A stretch of 64,000 bases of DNA from Dimorphilus gyrociliatus. Taxonomy: Eukaryota > Animalia > Annelida. The notes beneath the pieces were generated by a model. It made no database searches. It was not told the DNA's origin and worked only from the letters and a program-made list of their open reading frames with translations. The position numbers and the translations under genes are program-made. Shown here in pieces: positions 1 to 12,568 of the stretch. Each line of letters begins with the position of its first letter. Position 1 is the first letter of the stretch. The stretch is from contig CAJFCJ010000004.1 of NCBI GenBank assembly GCA_904063045.1, positions 609,498 to 673,497 on the forward strand. Reading direction: 5' to 3'.

Positions 1-1465
1 TTGGTGAAATTAGACGCTGTCAAAGATTTATTAGAAAGACACTCTCCAGAGACTGTTCCTTTGCTCAGACCGCCTCCTCCACCGGTGGATCCTCGGCATA
101 TGAGATGTAGGTCCACACTATATACTGCTTTAGGACGTTTACTACTACTTGACTTAGCTGATGATGACGAAAAATTTGAATCTTTTATGACACCAGTAGG
201 TGTTGCTCTGGAAGCTGTTGAAAGAAGTATGTCATCCAACGAATCGCCGGAGATGACTAAGAGAACTTTAGTAGGCCTTATCAGAGATATAAAAGGAATA
301 GCTTTTGCGTTTAATACTAAGAGTTCGTTCATGCTGCTACTTGATTGGCTAATGCCTAGATTTACTCCTTTATTAAGAGCTGTTTTAGAAAAGTGGAGGG
401 ACGATCCAAATTTGAGTACACCGGTTCTTAAATTATACGCTGAGTTGGCACAAAATCGGAGTCAAAGATTACATTTTGACGTTTCTAGCCCTAATGGAAT
501 ACTATTGTTTCGAGAGATCAGTCAAGTAAGTACTATCCGTCAAAATATATACTCAAAACGAATTCCACTAATAATTTTCACTTTAGGTGATAGTACTCTA
601 TGGAAGAAAGGTCTTGGAAAGTGGATCAACAGATACCAGTGACATTTATGCTCATAAATTAAAGGGTGTTTCAATTTGTATGCAAATGCTTAAAGCAGCC
701 TTAGCAGGAAATTACGTAAATTTTGGTGTCTTTGCTCTTTACGGTGATCCGGCTCTTGAAGATTCCTTGCAAATGATAATCCAAATGGTAACATCATTCT
801 CCAGAGAATTGTTGTTGCAATACACAAAACTTGCTCATGCTTATTACGCTCTGATGGAATGTCTAGCTCAGGATCATGTAAACTTTATAAGCCGACTAGA
901 ACCTCAGATTATCGTGTATATATTGTCAACAGTCGCTGATGGACTTAGTTCATTGGACACTGTTGTCTCTACATCCTGCTGCGCTATATTGGATAATATC
1001 CTTTCCTATGTTCTCAAGAAAATATTTCGGCGGAGGTCGAATAATAATGATGATAACGATACCCGCCTAATGGCTGCTCTCGACTCCAATTCACAGATTC
1101 TACAACATATGCTCAGTACTGTTCTTCATATGGTTATGTACGAAGAATGTAGAAATCAATGGAGTATGAGCAGGCCACTTCTTGTATTAGTATTACTGCA
1201 GCCCGAATGTTGGACAAACTTGAGGACACAAATGGAGCAGCAACAACCTGAGAGTAAGAGAGTAAGTATGTCTAGGTGCTTCGATAATCTCATGGAGGGA
1301 ATCGAAAGAAACTTGCTTGTGAAGAATAGAGACCGATTCACCCAAAATCTAAGTGTCTTTAGAAGAGACGTAACGGAAGTTTTAAGAGGAGGAGCAAATA
1401 GACCTGCTGTTAGGGAGAATGAAGCTAACGGCGCACCCGGTGAAGCTTTAGATATGATGTCGTAA
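1..1465 (+). CDS. XPO7: Exportin-7 (RanBP16/17 family), 3' part; 5' end lies outside the window
   Basis: Exons <1..525 and 587..1465 with a phase-0 intron 526..586 (gtaagt...ctttag). Translation has family motifs AQNRSQRLHFDVSSPNGILLFRE, YVNFGVFALYGD, EECRNQWSMSRPLL, RDRFTQNLSVFRRDV, and ends DMMS as human XPO7 does. Confidence 0.95.
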
Positions 1466-2235
1466 ACTGAGTAAATTTTTGACGCCATTCTTTTTCTTAT
1501 CTTGTTATATTACCTGATCAGAATACATTTTTTTGCATGACAAAGAGAAACTATACTGAAAAGAAATGTATTTAAAAAAGAAAACTGAACAAAACAAACG
1601 CCTTTATAACTTATATATGAAGATTTAATTATATTAAATATATATTAAATCTTTTATTTGTTAAAATACTCGATTATTCAAATTCTAGAATAAATAACTC
1701 TGACAAATTTTCGTTAAAAGAACCGAATTAGAATAACCATGTAACATCTGGCAGTATTGAATCGCAATATCCTCTCTTTCCATCCACGCCTTTTCTCTAA
1801 TATGCTGGACTCTATAGTCGAAGCTAATCCGACTTTTATTAGTTTCGTAATGTAATAAACTGTGATTCTAGCACGTATGGAAAAATCTTGTAAAAACAAT
1901 ATTCGATCGGTTCATCTCTAAGAGCATGAGAAAAATAATAGGAAACTAGATGAAATGATTCCAGTTTTCTTGTTCTTTGGGAAAACACTTTTATTCTCAA
2001 TAAAGGGTAGCTTATAATAATTAATATGTATAAAGCTCTCGTTCTCATTAAAAAGATAGTTAGTAAAAATCTAGGTTAAAATATAAAGATCTAGGGTTTC
2101 TTTTACATTTCTTCGAATTTTAAAAAGCAAAGAAATAAGTTCTGTTTTTTGGATAGTTGACTAAAATGAATAAACAAACAAAGAAAGCAGACTACTCTTA
2201 CAAGCTTTTTACTTCTTTTACTTTTCTTGTTTGTT

Positions 2236-3039
2236 TTATTTTGAAGCGCTAACGCGTAACCATTCTCGATGATAAGAGTGAAGAGTTATCTCCATCGGTA
2301 TTTTTGAATCTCCTAAAATACATATTTTACAGTCGGCTAAAACCTTTTTCTTTTGTTCTGTTGCTCTTGAAGCAAAATCTGCACAAAAAGCAAAATGCAT
2401 CTCCTTCTCTATTGCTAAATCGTTTCCCTTTTCCAGTACCAACTTTATCTCATTATTTCCTGTTGGTCCGCAACTGTTAACTTTAAATTGCATTTTCAAG
2501 TAGTAACTGGAGTAATTAACAATTGATAAATTATCAGAATAGATCTCTTAATTATTGTTAAGATATTTGTTTGGTCAAATAATTTGTTAAAATAATAAAT
2601 TTGAATATCAACTTACATTTTAAGCTTTTCGCTTAGTGTTCTAACTTGATTTGTTACGACAGCACAATCTTCTTCTCTGCCAAATTGCCATTTTTTCCCC
2701 ATTTCATCAATGATAATTATTCTACACGTTCTGTAGATTTCACGATATTCCGGCGAAAGTTTCGCATAAAAGTACTTCAAAAATCTACCATGAGCTAGAA
2801 AGCTTAGATTCATATTTGGTCTAGTTGGAGGCTTACTCTTAACGACCATTTTAAAGATATTATCTTCAATAGCTTCGGATGAGTCAACCAAAAAGTTCAA
2901 TGCACTTTCATAAAACCTGGATATTAATTAGGACATTGAACATATCCAAGTAAATTTTAATTAATTCAAAAATAGCTTACACTTTTATATCTCTCGCAAT
3001 AGACTTAGAAAGTTCGGATACTTGAGGGGCAAGAGCCAT
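2236..3039 (-). CDS. Uncharacterised 209-aa protein, 3 exons
   Basis: Exons 3039..2981, 2916..2617, 2506..2236. Both introns are canonical (gtaagc..ccag 64 bp; gtaagt..ccag 110 bp) and phase 2, joining track ORFs 2613..2900 and 2236..2499 in frame (MALAPQVSELSKSIARDIKV|FYESALNFL...EKLKI|YYLKMQFKV...SASK*). No family recognised. Confidence 0.8.
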
Positions 3040-3370
3040 GCTTTTTTTTCGAATTGAAATGTCACTACGAATGACTTCCTAAAAATTTGGTCACTTATCA
3101 TTAGTACTCAGTTTTTTTTACCCGTTGTCCATAATTAAGGGTGGTGCTATTTTACCAATTTTTTAATAAAAAAATATGAAATATAAACTAAAAATAACAT
3201 ATATTTTAATTAAGTCAAGTCTTTATTATGTTATTCTAAAATTCAAAAAATAAGGTAGTTTAAGAAAATTTAACTATAACTTTTCATTAAATTAAAAAAG
3301 TTTAATCAGTAAAAAATTTTCTTTTTCATTTTTAATTATATTCTTTAAACTTGTTAAAGATATAGGTCTT

Positions 3371-3419
3371 TACTTCCGGTGTTTTTATAATTCTTAACAG
3401 ATTAAACGCCATCTGTAGG
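3371..3419. promoter_or_regulatory. Putative proximal promoter of the orphan gene: ETS-like ACTTCCGGT plus CGCCATCTGTAGG (CTCF/YY1-like)
   Basis: Motifs seen about 330-380 bp upstream of the ATG at 3039; function is inference. Confidence 0.35.
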
Positions 3420-4944
3420 TTGATTGAACAAACTAATTACCCACATGGGTTGGTTAAACTATCAAAGTTGAAGTATTTTTGAAGTTTTTACCAATTAATT
3501 TTTAATGATTCATTATAAATTATTCATAGTCCTATTCAATTTTTGGGAAAAGAGCGTTGAATACATGAGAAATTAACGTGAAAAAGGTATTTTAGTTGAA
3601 TTTCGACTCACTCTGATACCCTATTATTTGACTGTTATGAATATAATAATAGTTTAATTACTTTTAATTGGTGTATTTCAATAAAGTGTAATATTACAAA
3701 TATTCTGTTGAATTCATCTATTTGCTACTTACATAAAGCATAAAACTAGCTGAGAAAAAGAAATTGAACATTAACAAATAGTCATTATAAAGTTTATCAT
3801 TCGAGGCTCTTTTTTGTGTTTTTCTTATTAATAAAATCTAAAAATTCCTTAATCTTTTTACTTTGATGTTTTTCTGACACTTTCTTATTGAAGTAATAAT
3901 CTTTTTATCCTAAAAACATTATATGTTCAAACGTTAAAAATTGAAATTAGATATTCAACTGTAATTCAGCGACATCTATCGATAGATCTTTCAATAAACA
4001 CAAAAGTTCAAAGGGTCGGAGGGATTGAATGAAGAACGACGCGGAGCGCGTGGCAGCATATGGCGAAAAGGAGGCGTAGTACAATATAGACGTCTATTTG
4101 AAGGAAAACTGCGCCGAATTGTCGCAGCGGGTGACTTATAGATGCCGTCATTCGAGTAGGGGAGGTGTGGAACTTTGTCCAGGTTGATCGCCATCTGTTT
4201 ACCCTATTTCTTCATTGAATGAATTAAATGCTAATTGACTCACACTTAACATTTTCCTTAATGATTAGTAGAGAAAGAAAAAAGAAGAAAATTCAAACGA
4301 AACTGTACACCTGACCGTGTCTCATCAATAACTCACGTCCAATCATGACTCCTTTCTTATCTTTTTCCCTTTTCTTCCCATAGAGTCTTAATAACATTCC
4401 TTTTAAAGTACAGTATATGCCAAACTTTGATAATAGTAGTTGAAATTAGAGATACGTAGCTTTCCTTTCATCCTTATCTTTATTTATTTATTCATTTTCT
4501 TTCTCTTTTTCTCTTCCTATCTTGCTCTCTCTCTCTCGCTTTATCTATCTATCGTATTATTTCTCTTCTTATTCCCTTTCTCATTAAGAAAAAAGGAAGA
4601 AAAAAAAAGAAGACTAAAATGAATGGGACAAAAGAAAAGAGGAGTGAAGGGTGCTGTATGTAAAATGTTGAGCAATTGAAGGAAAGTTGTTAAAAAAGGC
4701 GACTTTTTTTGGCGTCAATTAAGACTGTCGAATAAGTTGTATATAGGACAAATTATACGTTCCTTTCATTAGGTTATAATTGCAATTGAAAAGTTGTTGA
4801 GTGTGTTTTTTGTTAGGTAGGTTTAATTTCGTATGGTTTGACAGATATATAAAAACAGAGTTCCGTTTGATAAATTGGGCGCTGATTACAGGGTGTTTTT
4901 TTTTGAAGAGTCTATCTTTAGAGAATGTCCTTTTTTCTTCATTT

Positions 4945-4958
4945 CTGTCTATCTCTCT

Positions 4959-5048
<90 letters not shown>
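4945..5048 (+). repeat. (CT)n microsatellite with a few TA interruptions
   Basis: About 100 bp of ctctct...; it produces the poly-SL ORFs in the track. Confidence 0.97.
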
Positions 5049-5051
<3 letters not shown>

Positions 5052-6676
5052 ATTTATCTATTTACCAACCCCTAATTCTTTCTAAACATTGTTTTTTTTT
5101 CTATCCTACGTCCCCTCTCTACTTTGAAGAGATTAAAGGAATTACTGAGAAAAAGATTTAACTAAATCACCCGTGGAGGTAATTTTGTCTACTTTACTTG
5201 TCCTTTATACTCAAATTGGCTAAATCGGCTTGAATTTAGTTCAAAATTAAAAAAAAAACCCCTTTAGCTTAAGATAAGTAGAAAAGGAAGGAGAATAGAA
5301 GGAAGTGTACAGTTTTTCAAAACTTACTTTACCGTTATAATTCTTTGAAAATCTCCACTACTTTTTGTTTGACAAATAGGGATAGGAACCAAACACTAGT
5401 GATGAAGGAGTAAAAGAGACAAAATGTCTATTGTTTAAAGTAATTGAATTAATATCATTACTAGCATTTTTATGATTATTCATCGTATACTTAAACGGAT
5501 AGAGAGAACAAAAAGAACTTTGTACATTTTTTTGAAGCTTTATCCACCATTGTAACAGAGTATAATAAGGTTATTACTTACGATTGATTGACCCTCAATT
5601 ACATTCTTTGTTTGAATTCTTCACGAAAAAAAAATGGTTAAAAAACAATTGATAAATAAGCTTATTTAACTTGTAATTGATAATGATAATAACAGTTATT
5701 TTATTACATTATTCTCACTTTCTTTGACAAACTTTTTCGATTATTAGGCCTACGTTTGTTATGTAAACACATTGTGTATGTTTAACAAAGTATACACGTA
5801 CATATAGTATATATATATATATATATATGTATATTTTGGCAGACATTCGATAATCGTTAAAAAACGTTAGGAAACAACTTTTTTTTTGTTCAAGGATTTT
5901 ATTTTGCAATTCATCAAAATAGAAAATACTTAATTTGCATATTTAAAGGGATTTAGGAGAAGAAATGAAACATTAAAAGATTATATTATCGCTATTATGC
6001 AAAACAAAGGGGGGGGGAGAAAGTTTAGTATTAAACTAGTATATATATGTATATATATATTTTCTTTTTGCACAAAGTACGAAAGATTCTTGTTTAATTA
6101 GCTTATAATTACTGTTTTTGTATTATTGAGAAAAGGTTATAATAACATTGAAAAAATAGTTTAAATATTAGTCTTAAGATTTTTCCAAGTATATCATTTG
6201 ACACTTTTATATGAAAGATATCATTCTTTCTCCTTTCTTCTCTCTTTAGTTTTTTCCCCCTATTTATAGATTAGAGTTCTTTTGTACATATCCATTTCCC
6301 TTTTCTTTTATTCTTGATTAGTCAATAGTCTAACTGTTACTTATTCATTCGTCATTAATTTCTTTTATTATGTTGTTTACGTTGCTAATTAGAAGAAAGA
6401 AAATGTCATGCCGAGCTAATAAAAGCAAATGCTTAAAGCTTATACATCCTCTTAGTTAAAATTTCTATTATCAATTAAGTGACGTGTGGACAATAAGGAG
6501 ACTGCATGATATTTCATAGGATAAAATTAAGATAACAATAAGAAACTAATTAGGAAACTTTCTAATCTATTTGGCCTATATATTTAACTTGAATTTTATT
6601 TGAGTGGCATTCCGCCCCTTTTCCCACCCCCTCCTAAGGATAATGCCTAGGCTTTCTATATTGCGCTTTCTTTCTT

Positions 6677-6707
<31 letters not shown>

Positions 6708-7770
6708 TACTTACTTTATATAAACAGTAAACAAAATAATTTACCTTTTTTTAAGAGCAAAGAGAGAGAGAGAAAAAGAAAAACGATTTTATCGTCTTTC
6801 GGTTTTATTTGCTTGAGTCTTTTTTTATTTTAAGCAATAAACTCCTCTTATTGTTGTACAAAAAAACAATTTGAAAAAAAATACCCTTTGTTTATATCAT
6901 AACATCAAAAGAAAATTGGAGAGGATTAGGAAGACGAATAAGATAAAGACATGCGAAAATTTCACTATGATCTATTAGATAAATATGAATTGATATTCTA
7001 GATTCGTTGGATATTTTTTACTCTTAATCCTTTAATTAATATTCCTTATTAATTAAACATTGTTACTTAATACTTTTTTTTCAAAGTTCTTTTTATGTTC
7101 GCCCATCATTTGGTACCGCCCTCCCTAACTATACATTGTGTAAAAGTTTTATGTGCTTTGGCTCTTGATAAACACTTCAGATGCTAATTAAGGTCAATGT
7201 CGTAATCCGAAAAAAGGTCAAAACACAATGAATAATCTCTTTGAGGATTTTAAATTTTCGTTGCATTATTTCTCATTCAACAATGCAAGTTAAGTTTCCG
7301 ACGATAATGGATATATTATATTGATGAAGAAAGGTGTAGAATTGCTAAGCAGGAGAGGGTTGTGTAGAGAACATCGATGTGTGTGAGCGAGTATTCAAGG
7401 GGTGGGGGGGATAGATAGAAAAAAGTAGACGGGGAGATTGTGGGAGGGATTTTGAATGGTTGACGAGGGTGAGGAGAGGAATGAGGCGTACAACCGCCCA
7501 CTTTTTTTCTTTCGATTTTCGATTTATCGACTTTAGTTTGTAAAAAAACTCGGACGGCAGTATGAAAAAAGCTGACAAAATCCATCAATCTTTCTAAACA
7601 ATGTCTCCTTTGTCGCATAACTACAAAAGAAAATAGAGCCGTTATACCGTTTTATAATCTTTCGAATGCGAATTTTATTCCCCGCAGAATAGTCCTATAA
7701 AACTCCCCTGGGGTTAAGAAACACTATAGGCCTCCGGAATGCTGAATGAAGGCTGAATTAGCTTCGTTCA

Positions 7771-7783
7771 AGGTCAAAGGTCA
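7771..7783 (+). promoter_or_regulatory. Perfect DR1 nuclear-receptor element AGGTCA-A-AGGTCA
   Basis: Exact consensus in sequence; extra AGGTCA half-sites at 7191 and 7215. Confidence 0.5.
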
Positions 7784-8774
7784 GGTTACATTAAATCGTG
7801 TATGTTGAATGAATAGTTGTTGGCGCTAATGTTCGGTCGTGACTCTATAGAAACGTGCATGAGAAACGGAAGAAGAGAAAGATTGGTAATATGCATAGAA
7901 ATAGCAGCGGTTTGTTTAAAGCTTATGCTTGTTGTATAAATATACCCTCAATTACATATTTTGGGTTAACTGTCTAGAATAAGGTAATGCTTTTTTCACA
8001 AATCTAAATAAACTGTTGGCCTTTAAACTAGCCTTATCGTTTATATTTCCTCTCTTAGCAATCCATCATTTTAAACTATAAAAATCTACAGGTTATCTGA
8101 CTATTGTTCTATCATACGATTCATTTAGATCTTTAACATTTCAATTTTGTTTATTCTTAAATATTAGTAATATTTAATGACATATTTAAAGAAAAAACAA
8201 TGTAAAAACGTATTCACATAAGTTACATATGTATATATTAGGTTTTTGTTTTTATCTATTTGTTTTCTTCTCTTTCCAATTGACCTCTCTCGTGAGGCGG
8301 ACTAACAAATCAGTCATTTACGCGGGAGGGACTATATATTTAAAACTCCCGCAGCAGCTATTCACTTATGTAATATAACGTAAATGTTAGTCAAATTACG
8401 CCCTTAATAGACTTATAATTAAACCCCGCTGCTATTTTTCATTCTCATAAAAAAAGTTTGCATTTTATTCGACGTCTACCTTTTTATCGATGAGATTATC
8501 TTGATAAGGAGGGGGGTTTTTTTTGATGCTTCAGGATGAAGAAATGTGGCTTTTACACACACATACACTCTCTCCCTCTTTCTTACCGACTCCCTACTAG
8601 TTTATTTCTTTTTGATAACATCACATTTGATAAAAAGGTAAATAGAAAGACGCCGAAAGAAATTTGTAAAAATGTCCATAACACAGATTGTAAAAAAAAT
8701 AATAATGTAACAAAACAACGAGGAAGGGAGGAATCGATTGGTTCCAGTTCTATCTCTCTTCCTCGATACGATTA

Positions 8775-9504
8775 TCATACTACGCTACACGCTTGTGAAT
8801 CGAGAAGCGTACTGTCTGTAATAGTATATTCTCCGGAAGTAGCTGACGACACGTCACTTGAATCATATTCAGATTTAGATACTGCTCTTGGACTATAACG
8901 ATTCGATCCTTCTATTGATAAATTCATATCTGTTATTGATCCGCGTCCACTGTCGGATTGTTTGTCTGAGTGCTGTTTATAAGTTTGTAGAAGCTGTTGT
9001 ACTCTCTCTTGGCCATCAGGAATTTTGTTTGATGGAGGCTGTTAGGAAAAAATAAAGAAAAATGCTCATGAATATTTAAATTTATTTAAGTATTATTTAT
9101 CCTTTAATTGGTTAGAATAATTCTAGAATGTCTCCTAATCGGTTTTAACCTGCTAAAAGGTTATTACGTCTACTTCCTAAATAAAGGAAAATAGAAAGGT
9201 GACGACGGACCAGAAGGGCGAAAGAGCGTCCATCCTATTACATAATAGCCTGGCATATTTATACTCGCGCGTCGTTTGCAGACGCCCTCTATTTACATTA
9301 CGAGCGTAAGAGTGTTGTGCTTGATATAGAATATTATTTGTATAAGCAGATACGGTTCACTATTAATTTGTCCTCACTAAAAATAATATTTTGTTTCAAG
9401 ACTATATAAGTAAAAGAACTATTTTGAAATACTGCACTTCCTAGCTCGTGTGATATTACCATATAGAAACTTAATCTATTCCAGCCACTCAATTTATTTC
9501 TTTA

Positions 9505-9539
<35 letters not shown>

Positions 9540-12500
9540 GCTCAGTTCCCTTTATACTCTTAAACAGAGGATATATTCTCATTGTATTATGAAATGTATT
9601 GTATATCGAAACCTCCCACTTTTTTTTCTTTCTAGATTAAACGATAAACTGTCGCCCGTACAATTAATAATTCAAACCTCATTCAAGCTTGAATAAGATT
9701 TTTTTTAACTTTTATTCTAGTCGTCCTACCCTCCTCATAGATCTACTTTTTCTCTCTATTAATCTATTTCCTTCTAGCTGCTCTTCTTCTCTCTATTCCC
9801 TTTCTTTGCCGAATAGGGGATGGTAATATTATTTGTCTGTTAATAAACTACTTTATTGCTTTAATATGCCGTTTTTAGCTGCTAAAGAATAAAGGATACA
9901 AAACACGCCATTTACGCATTAAAATCGCTTAAAATAACAGCGTGTCAACGCTCGAATTCATCCTCTCTTTACGCCTCTTCCTATTCTTTTAAAGGACAAC
10001 TGGCGAGAGGATATCTTGGTTTCTTTTTTACGGGGGTTGATTACTTTCACTCTTTATAAAATACCCGCATATTTTAGGAATAAAATTATCAATCTAAAAA
10101 TATTTACATGCGGGAGAACTTTTTTTCTTCTCTTTTTTATAAGAAAGGAAGAGACAGACGTTGAACGATAGAGGTCAAATATGGTTGAAAAAGAAAAAAA
10201 TTTACGATATTAATCTTACCTGAGGATATTCTATTGATTTTTCTTCGTCTTCCTTCTTTAATTTATTTATCTTTCGCTTTCTTCTCAACTGTACTAAAAT
10301 CGCTGCAATAAGTGCTATGGCTACAAACAATGTGCCACATATAATTGCGATTATTGCATAAAGTTTGCCGTCATTAGACGCCTTCGCAGTTTCCGGAGAC
10401 ACAGTAATGGCAACGCTACAAAAAGCCTCGTAATTTCCATCTTGAACCTTGACCCTTAGCGTTGTGATGTAATCGACGTAGCCTCCTAAATCCTCTTTTA
10501 CTACAATCCTTCCGGATGTCTCGTCCAGGCTGTAAATATCCGCTCCGCTTACGGATTCGATTGTATAAATAAGGCGGCTACCATCTAAATCGGACGCTTT
10601 TATTGCCCCGACAGATTCGCCAATTTTCGCATTAGAAGCCACTGTTATATTAGCGTCGTAGACTAGAGGAGGATTATCGTTGACGTCCAATACTTTGACT
10701 AGAACAGTTATTTTATCGCCTTCAGTATGATAATCTGGATTATAAGCTTTGACTATTAAAAGATAATCTTCTCTTTCTTCTCTGTCCAATTTCAAGTTGG
10801 TTTCAATTATACCCGTAGTTACGTTAATAGCAAAATTTCTATGACCACTGACAAACTTATAAAAGGTAATGTTATTGGGGTATAAATCTGGGTCTATAGC
10901 TGTAACTTTGCCAACACGTTCTCCTGGCTTTCTTTCTTCGATTACTTCCATTTCCAAGCGTTCTTTTGGGAATACAGGAGCATTATCATTCTTATCTAAT
11001 ACTATTACGTTTATGAAGCATGTAGAAAATAAACTAGGAGAGCCAGAATCTCTTGCTATTACGTGAAAAGAGAAAGTATCTAAATCCTCTCTATCTAATG
11101 ATTTCGCTGTTCGGACTATTCCAGAATTATCTACTTTTACAAGATCAATAGGCTCTTTAATTTCAAATGTTACTTCTCCGTTCAATCCAATATCTCCATC
11201 ATGAGCTTTTAATTCTACAATAATTGTTTCATCAAGATTCTCCTCAATGTATGCCGTATAATTTAAAATATTCAACTTTGGAGTATGATCGTTTTCGTCC
11301 GTTATTTCAACTTCAATAAGCTTTTTTGTAGTTCTTCTAGGAGAACCAGAATCTCGACAAACGATAAAGAATGAATAAGAATCTCTAAATTCCCTATTGA
11401 AAGTTTTCGTAGTTAGAATATTTCCAGGGTTTGATTCATAGAAATTTCCTTGAGTTTCTTCCAATGCACACGAAACTCTGATATTAGAACCATCTTTATC
11501 CCGTGCTCTGTAATAGGCCACAAAAGTATTTTTAGGACTGTTTTCTTTCACTTCCACTCTTCCGTTCTCGGTAAGAACTGTCAAGGTCACTTCGGGATCA
11601 AATTCGTTTACATCTTCCACATCGATGGTAATCTTAGCAAAATCTTCGAGAGGATTAGATGCCTTATCCCTGGCGTAAACTCTAAAAGAATATCTTTGGA
11701 CTGCTTCATAATCTAATTTGTTCTTTAATTGTAATCTTCCAGATGAGTCTATTTGAAATCTATCAGAGACTTCTTCGCTGACAGAATACATAATTTCCCC
11801 ATTTCTCCCAGCGTCGGAGTCAGTAGCGAAGACCGTTAAAATTGTTCGATTTAATCCGAAATCCTCAGGGATTTTTTTCGAATACGTTCGAGGATTAAAA
11901 ATTGGCCGATTATCGTTTGAATCGCTAACGATTACCTTTAGGGACATTTTGCCTGTTTTACCTCCACCATCTATTGCTTCTAGAACCAAATTATACTCTT
12001 TAAATATTTCCCTATCCAACTTTTTCTTCAGCTTTAAATAGACGTCACCGTCCTCCCCAACGACGTCGAATGTGCCATCATTTTTTGTAAGTTTGTAGTT
12101 TTGTATAGAAAAGACGCCGTTGTCCGCGTCTCTAGCCCTTGGTAAGGGTGAAATACTTTCTGTACTTGCATCTTCGCGGAACGTCACGTTCCACAGGTCA
12201 ACCGGAAAGGTTGGAGCGTTATCGTTAATATCGACAACTTCTATTATTGCTTTAATCATCGTCTTCTTCGAACTACCGACTAGAACAATGGAAAGAGTAA
12301 CATAGCATTTGGACACAGTCTCTTTACAGATCGTTTCTCGATCTAATTTGGCTGACGTTTTTATCAAACCATCCGCCGAAAGCGTGAAATTAGAATGGCC
12401 ATTTAATAAGCGAAACTCGTAAGACGTTTCTATTAATCTGCGAACAGAGTTAAAACTGTGCAGGTCGAGTACTAGTTTCCCGGCGTCTCCCTCTTCTAGA

Positions 12501-12568
12501 ACGCTTCCACTAACGTCTAATGACGTCACGGCGTGGATGATGTAAGCGAGTACGGCTGCACAAAGCAT
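8775..12568 (-). CDS. Protocadherin A: 7 cadherin repeats, TM, cytoplasmic tail (about 870 aa)
   Basis: Exon 12568..10220 encodes the signal peptide, EC1-7 and TM, with DRE and DxNDNxP motifs and EC1 DRETICKETVSKC. Phase-0 intron 10219..9039 (gtaaga..aacag). Exon 9038..8775 encodes PPSNK...DSGRGS...TSGEYTI...CSVV*. A strong acceptor (cccatacag) directly precedes the ATG, implying a 5'UTR intron. Confidence 0.92.

Noticed and set aside
526-642. ORF 1..642 extension VSTIRQNIYSKR...
   Set aside because: Read-through of the XPO7 intron (gtaagt at 526); homology resumes in the other frame at 587.
1714-2048. Two short - strand ORFs between XPO7 and the orphan gene
   Set aside because: No convincing start or splice connection and no recognisable motif; lies in the convergent 3'UTR zone. 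Cannot be fully excluded.
4440-5161. Hydrophobic or poly-SL ORFs
   Set aside because: Artefacts of CT microsatellites and pyrimidine tracts.
8536-8898. 120-aa + strand ORF
   Set aside because: Antisense shadow of the PcdhA tail exon and 3'UTR.
10869-12305. Short + strand ORFs inside PcdhA (similar ones occur antisense to PcdhB, SKP1, the bZIP, alpha-catenin and NUP50)
   Set aside because: Antisense or alternate-frame shadows of well-supported CDSs.
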